DNA of 40,833 nucleotides from a virus (Duplodnaviria; Heunggongvirae; Uroviricota; Caudoviricetes): IMG/VR virus record IMGVR_UViG_2534682161_000025; one strand, 5' to 3'. Shown piece by piece: positions 37,161 to 40,833 of this stretch (position 1 is its first letter; each line of letters starts with the position of its first letter). The notes under the pieces were generated by a model. It saw only the letters and a program-made list of their open reading frames with translations, ran no database searches and was not told where the DNA came from. The position numbers and the translations under genes were made by a program.

Positions 37161-38038
37161 GCAATGATATCGCAATCACATCACAACCAGGCGCAACTGT
37201 AGGTACTGCTGCGGCAATCTTCAGCCCGGAGGGCATGAATCAACTGGTGCGTTTCGCGGAGTTGATGTCACAAAGCAAAGCGACTGTACCGAAACATCTT
37301 GAAGGCAAAACTGCCGATTGTCTGGCGGTGACCATGCAGGCGGCACAGTGGGGAATGAACCCTTTCGCCGTGGCGCAGAAAACGCATGTGGTAAACGGAA
37401 CGTTAGGCTACGAAGCACAGTTGGTAAACGCGGTCGTATCCTCTTCCAGCCTGCTAGCGACACGCCTGAATTATCGCTGGAGCGGTGACTGGTCGAATGT
37501 TAACGGCAAAACAGATAAATCACCGAATCTGACGGTAACTGTGTCAGCAGTTCTTAAAGGAGAAGCAGAACCCCGTGAGCTTACCATCAGTATGGCGCAA
37601 GCCGGAGTGCGTAACTCTCCATTGTGGGAACAGGATCCGCGCCAGCAGCTTGCCTATCTTTGCACGAAACGATGGGCTCGCCTGCACGCTCCTGATGTGC
37701 TTCTCGGTGTTTACACCCCTGACGAATTACAGGAAACGGCACCGCGCGTTGAGCGAGACATTACTCCGCAAACAACTACTGCTGCGGGAATGAACAGTCT
37801 GATCAACGCTAAACCAGTGAAAAAGCCTGATGAGCAAACTCGTAAAGCGGATAGCCGTGATCCAGAAGAAATGCTGATGGCCTTTACCAGCGCAGCGATG
37901 AATTACAGCACTGTCTCCGAACTGGATAAGGCTTACAAATACATTGCACAAAAACTTTCAGATGATGACGAACTGCTGGCAAAAGCCACCGACGTTTACA
38001 GCGTTCGTCGGGAAGAATTAAACGAAACATCTATGTAA
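37157..38038 (+). CDS. Bet/Redbeta-like single-strand annealing protein
   Basis: C-terminal half aligns by eye with lambda Bet (PLWEQDPRQQLAYLCTKRWARL...ERDITPQ versus GPWQSHPKRMLRHKAMIQCARL...ERDITPV). Confidence 0.7.
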   Translation: MSNDIAITSQPGATVGTAAAIFSPEGMNQLVRFAELMSQSKATVPKHLEGKTADCLAVTMQAAQWGMNPFAVAQKTHVVNGTLGYEAQLVNAVVSSSSLLATRLNYRWSGDWSNVNGKTDKSPNLTVTVSAVLKGEAEPRELTISMAQAGVRNSPLWEQDPRQQLAYLCTKRWARLHAPDVLLGVYTPDELQETAPRVERDITPQTTTAAGMNSLINAKPVKKPDEQTRKADSRDPEEMLMAFTSAAMNYSTVSELDKAYKYIAQKLSDDDELLAKATDVYSVRREELNETSM

Positions 38039-38087
38039 CCACCACCGCGGCGCCACACGCGCCGCACTGCAACCAAGAGAGGTATTT

Positions 38088-38336
38088 ATGAAAGGTGCAT
38101 TAGGTAAGAAGGAACTCCTGGCGGTGGTGCCACTGTCATGGAGCACTATCGACCGTATGGAGCGCGCAGGGGAATTTCCTAAACGCTGGTATATCACTGA
38201 CAAACGCTGCGCATGGAACCGTGACGAAGTTGAGCGTTGGCTTGATGAACGTCAGGCAGCAAGCCCGGCAGAGTTCCAGGGTAAAAAACCTCCTGTTCAG
38301 CAACGTGTATATCGTCCCGTGAGCAACGCTGCATGA
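38088..38336 (+). CDS. AlpA/Xis-like DNA-binding protein (putative excisionase or regulator)
   Basis: 82 aa; AlpA-family HTH pattern (LSWSTIDRMERAGEFPK...W..DEVERWL); AGAGAGG SD. Confidence 0.65.
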   Translation: MKGALGKKELLAVVPLSWSTIDRMERAGEFPKRWYITDKRCAWNRDEVERWLDERQAASPAEFQGKKPPVQQRVYRPVSNAA

Positions 38337-38445
38337 GTGCGCTGCTAAGGCACTGGAGCAAATGGTCAGGATGGTACTTATTCCTGGCCTCTGTTTCAGC
38401 ATGGCTTTATCTGCTGGCATTAATTTTCAGAGAGGGTTGGATTAA

Positions 38446-38745
38446 GTGAGAAAGTTAAGCCGACTTGAAAAATATCACATGAACAAGGTTTCAATGCGCA
38501 GTCCGTCAAAGATTGTCGCCGTTACTCCTGCGGCGATAGAGATCGAAAAACGCGCGATTGAAAGAGAGAAAAAAGGGCAGTTCCGCATTGCCGCCCACCT
38601 TTGGCTTCAGTGTATGGATGTTGCTTCTGGTGATGTTGAACGTGCAAGGATCGCGGTTCGCAGGGACCAATGTATCACAAAAGGTAACGGCCTTCGCCGT
38701 GGCGACTATAGCGGCATAGGATGTTGTGGGGTGGTTTATGACTAA
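38446..38745 (+). CDS. Hypothetical small protein (99 aa)
   Basis: GTG start with GAGGG SD; overlaps methyltransferase start. Confidence 0.4.
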   Translation: MRKLSRLEKYHMNKVSMRSPSKIVAVTPAAIEIEKRAIEREKKGQFRIAAHLWLQCMDVASGDVERARIAVRRDQCITKGNGLRRGDYSGIGCCGVVYD

Positions 38746-39388
38746 GAAATACACACTAATCTATGCAGATCCACCCTTGGTATACCGGGACAAAGCCGCA
38801 GATGGTAATCGCGGTGCCGGTTTTAAATATCCGGTTATGAGTGTGCTGGATATCTGCCGCCTTCCTGTGTGGGATTTGGCCGATGAAAACTGTCTGTTGG
38901 CCATGTGGTGGGTGCCAACACAACCACTCGAAGCACTAAAAGTTGTTGAAGCCTGGGGATTCCGTCTGATGACGATGAAGGGCTTCACGTGGATAAAATG
39001 TGGTAGTCGACAACCAGATAAACTTGTTATGGGTATGGGACACATGACTCGCGCCAATAGTGAAGATTGCCTGTTTGCGGTAAAGGGAAAACTACCTCCG
39101 CGCATTAATGCAGGGATCGTTCAGTCATTTACCGCACCGCGGCTTGAGCACTCAAGAAAACCAGATGTCGTTCGTGAAAAACTTGTGCAATTGTTAGGCG
39201 ATGTTTCTCGCATTGAACTATTCGCCCGCCAGTCGTCTCATGGCTTCGATGTTTGGGGTAATCAGTGCGAAGACCCGGCAGTGCAACTACACCCTGGATA
39301 CGCGTTGGATATTGGCGGATTAACAAATGCATTCAGCAATTCTCCGCTGTCACCAACAGACAACCAGGGGCGGGAGCGTGCTGCATGA
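38738..39388 (+). CDS. MT-A70-family DNA adenine methyltransferase
   Basis: 216 aa from ATG at 38738; motif IYADPPL near the N-terminus (DPPW-type catalytic motif). Confidence 0.7.
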   Translation: MTKKYTLIYADPPLVYRDKAADGNRGAGFKYPVMSVLDICRLPVWDLADENCLLAMWWVPTQPLEALKVVEAWGFRLMTMKGFTWIKCGSRQPDKLVMGMGHMTRANSEDCLFAVKGKLPPRINAGIVQSFTAPRLEHSRKPDVVREKLVQLLGDVSRIELFARQSSHGFDVWGNQCEDPAVQLHPGYALDIGGLTNAFSNSPLSPTDNQGRERAA

Positions 39389-39579
39389 ACAGGGCATCAC
39401 CAGCAGATTTAAGAAAATGCCTTGAAACTGCAAACATGCTTGCACACAGCGGGATCAGGTTTGTTCCAATTCCCGCCGTCACTGATGCTGAATTTGCAAC
39501 ACTGTCAGCAATATTCGAAAACAAAATTGAATCACTGGCAGCAGAAGCAGAGATGGAAGAAAATCAGCAGAACTATTAA
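39385..39579 (+). CDS. Hypothetical small protein (64 aa)
   Basis: ATG overlaps methyltransferase stop (ATGA); last gene before the integrase. Confidence 0.4.
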   Translation: MNRASPADLRKCLETANMLAHSGIRFVPIPAVTDAEFATLSAIFENKIESLAAEAEMEENQQNY

Positions 39580-39582
39580 ACG

Positions 39583-40833
39583 TTATTCCCCCGCCATCCA
39601 CTTCTCAAACTTCGACGGGGAGAACGGAATCAGATCCGTATGCTCCCCGTTAATCCAGGAATCAATCATATCGGCCCACTGCTGCAACATGTAGGCGCGC
39701 TGTCTGGCGTATTCCGCTTTGTTATATACGGCGCGCACACCTTTCTGCTCATGTGCCAGAGCCTTTTCAATCCAGTCTGAAGGATAACCAGCCTCATGCA
39801 ACAACGTACTGGCTGTACGGCGCATATCGTGTACGGTGAAGCCCTGAATATGCTCACCATCTTCATTTATTATTTTCACCGTTCTGTCGATCAGAGAGTT
39901 CAGCGCGGCATTAGATAATGGCTTCCGGAAATTGTAACGACCAGGAACCAGATATTCACTTCCACCAGCGCACATCTGCAACCCAACCAATATATCCTGT
40001 GCCTGTTTAGGCAGGTAAATAACGTGCGCCCGGCTTCCCTTCATGCGGTCTGAAGGAATTGTCCATGTCCATTTTTTAAAATCTATTTCATCCCACGTTG
40101 CATTGGTGAATTCGCCTTTACGAACCATAGTGATAAGCACCAGCTTTAAAGCCATTTTCATAGTGCCCATAGCACCAATGGCATCCAGCGTGCGGAAGAA
40201 CAGGCCAATTTCTTCTGGTGTCAGTGTTCGCTCTCGTGGTTTAAATATGGCGATAGACGAAGGTTTAATGTCAGCCGCAGGATTAAACAAACCATGACCA
40301 CGGTCATTGGCGTGACGGTATACGCTGCTGATGATCTCCCTGGCCTGTACTGCTGTTGCCCGACCACCGCGTTCGACAATCCGGTCACACAAATCACGAA
40401 CCATCGATGTGGTAATTTCAGCCATCATTTTGTTGCCAAGAACCGGAAGTATGTCACGGTCGATCACCGCCTGCTTCATTGCGCGGGTACTGTCAGCCAG
40501 GATGACGTGTTTCATATAACTGTCGGTATGTACCGCAAACGTCTCGGCACCACGAATCTTTTTGATACCGTCACGTTTAGCCGCAGCCGGCGACTGGCCT
40601 GCTTTAAGCAGCTTCTTTGCAGCAATCAGTTCTTCTCGCGCTTCTGCCAGGCTGATACCGTCACGCCCATACTGCCCGATTACCAGTGTTTCGCGGCGAC
40701 CGTTGATACGGTAGTCATAGCGAAACGAGACCGTGCCTGACGTAAGCACAGCTACATACAGCCCGTCACGATCGGAGACCTTGTACAGTTTGTCCTGCGG
40801 CTTGAGGTTTTTTAATTTTGTATCGGTAAGCAC
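39583..40833 (-). CDS. int: Tyrosine integrase (P4-type); 5-prime end at or just beyond the window edge
   Basis: 416 aa in window; N-terminal arm-binding-like region and C-terminal catalytic region with conserved R...H..R...Y pattern (HDMRRT...LAHE); the ORF runs to position 40833. Confidence 0.85.
   Translation of the reverse strand: MLTDTKLKNLKPQDKLYKVSDRDGLYVAVLTSGTVSFRYDYRINGRRETLVIGQYGRDGISLAEAREELIAAKKLLKAGQSPAAAKRDGIKKIRGAETFAVHTDSYMKHVILADSTRAMKQAVIDRDILPVLGNKMMAEITTSMVRDLCDRIVERGGRATAVQAREIISSVYRHANDRGHGLFNPAADIKPSSIAIFKPRERTLTPEEIGLFFRTLDAIGAMGTMKMALKLVLITMVRKGEFTNATWDEIDFKKWTWTIPSDRMKGSRAHVIYLPKQAQDILVGLQMCAGGSEYLVPGRYNFRKPLSNAALNSLIDRTVKIINEDGEHIQGFTVHDMRRTASTLLHEAGYPSDWIEKALAHEQKGVRAVYNKAEYARQRAYMLQQWADMIDSWINGEHTDLIPFSPSKFEKWMAGE

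Noticed and set aside
1-40833. CRISPR arrays or recognisable multi-gene defence islands
   Set aside because: No spacer-repeat arrays and no cas-like or other defence-enzyme ORF pattern seen; the only tandem array (32925..33095) lies inside the replication initiator and is better explained as origin iterons.

Overview
Almost the whole window (about 1.29 kb to the right edge) is one temperate prophage; only the first ~1.1 kb (two envelope-protein genes and a terminator) looks like host DNA. Reading right to left on the minus strand the prophage carries: a P4-type integrase (runs to the window edge), a cro-like gene divergent from a repressor candidate with three operator-like dyads between them, lambda O/P-like replication genes with origin iterons inside the O-like gene, a set of small early genes, terminase small and large subunits, a plus-strand island with a tRNA-Arg(UCU), then a T7-like podovirus structural block (portal, scaffold, capsid, tail-tube-sized and internal-core-sized proteins, tailspike), an O-antigen acetyltransferase gene split by an intact IS2, and a holin/endolysin/spanin lysis cassette next to the left junction. 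A plus-strand early-left operon (RecE-like exonuclease, Bet/Redbeta-like annealase, AlpA/Xis-like protein, MT-A70 methyltransferase) converges on the integrase. The overall layout resembles epsilon15/phiV10-type converting phages, but that is inference from gene order and sizes. The most interesting signals are non-coding: a 15-bp dyad TTACC-N5-GGTAA recurring at 13 or more promoter-proximal positions, a 12-bp perfect palindrome GTGACATGTCAC present three times beside intrinsic terminators, and a near-consensus LexA box in front of a small moron inside the structural block. All protein functions are from motifs I recognise by eye; no database search was run.
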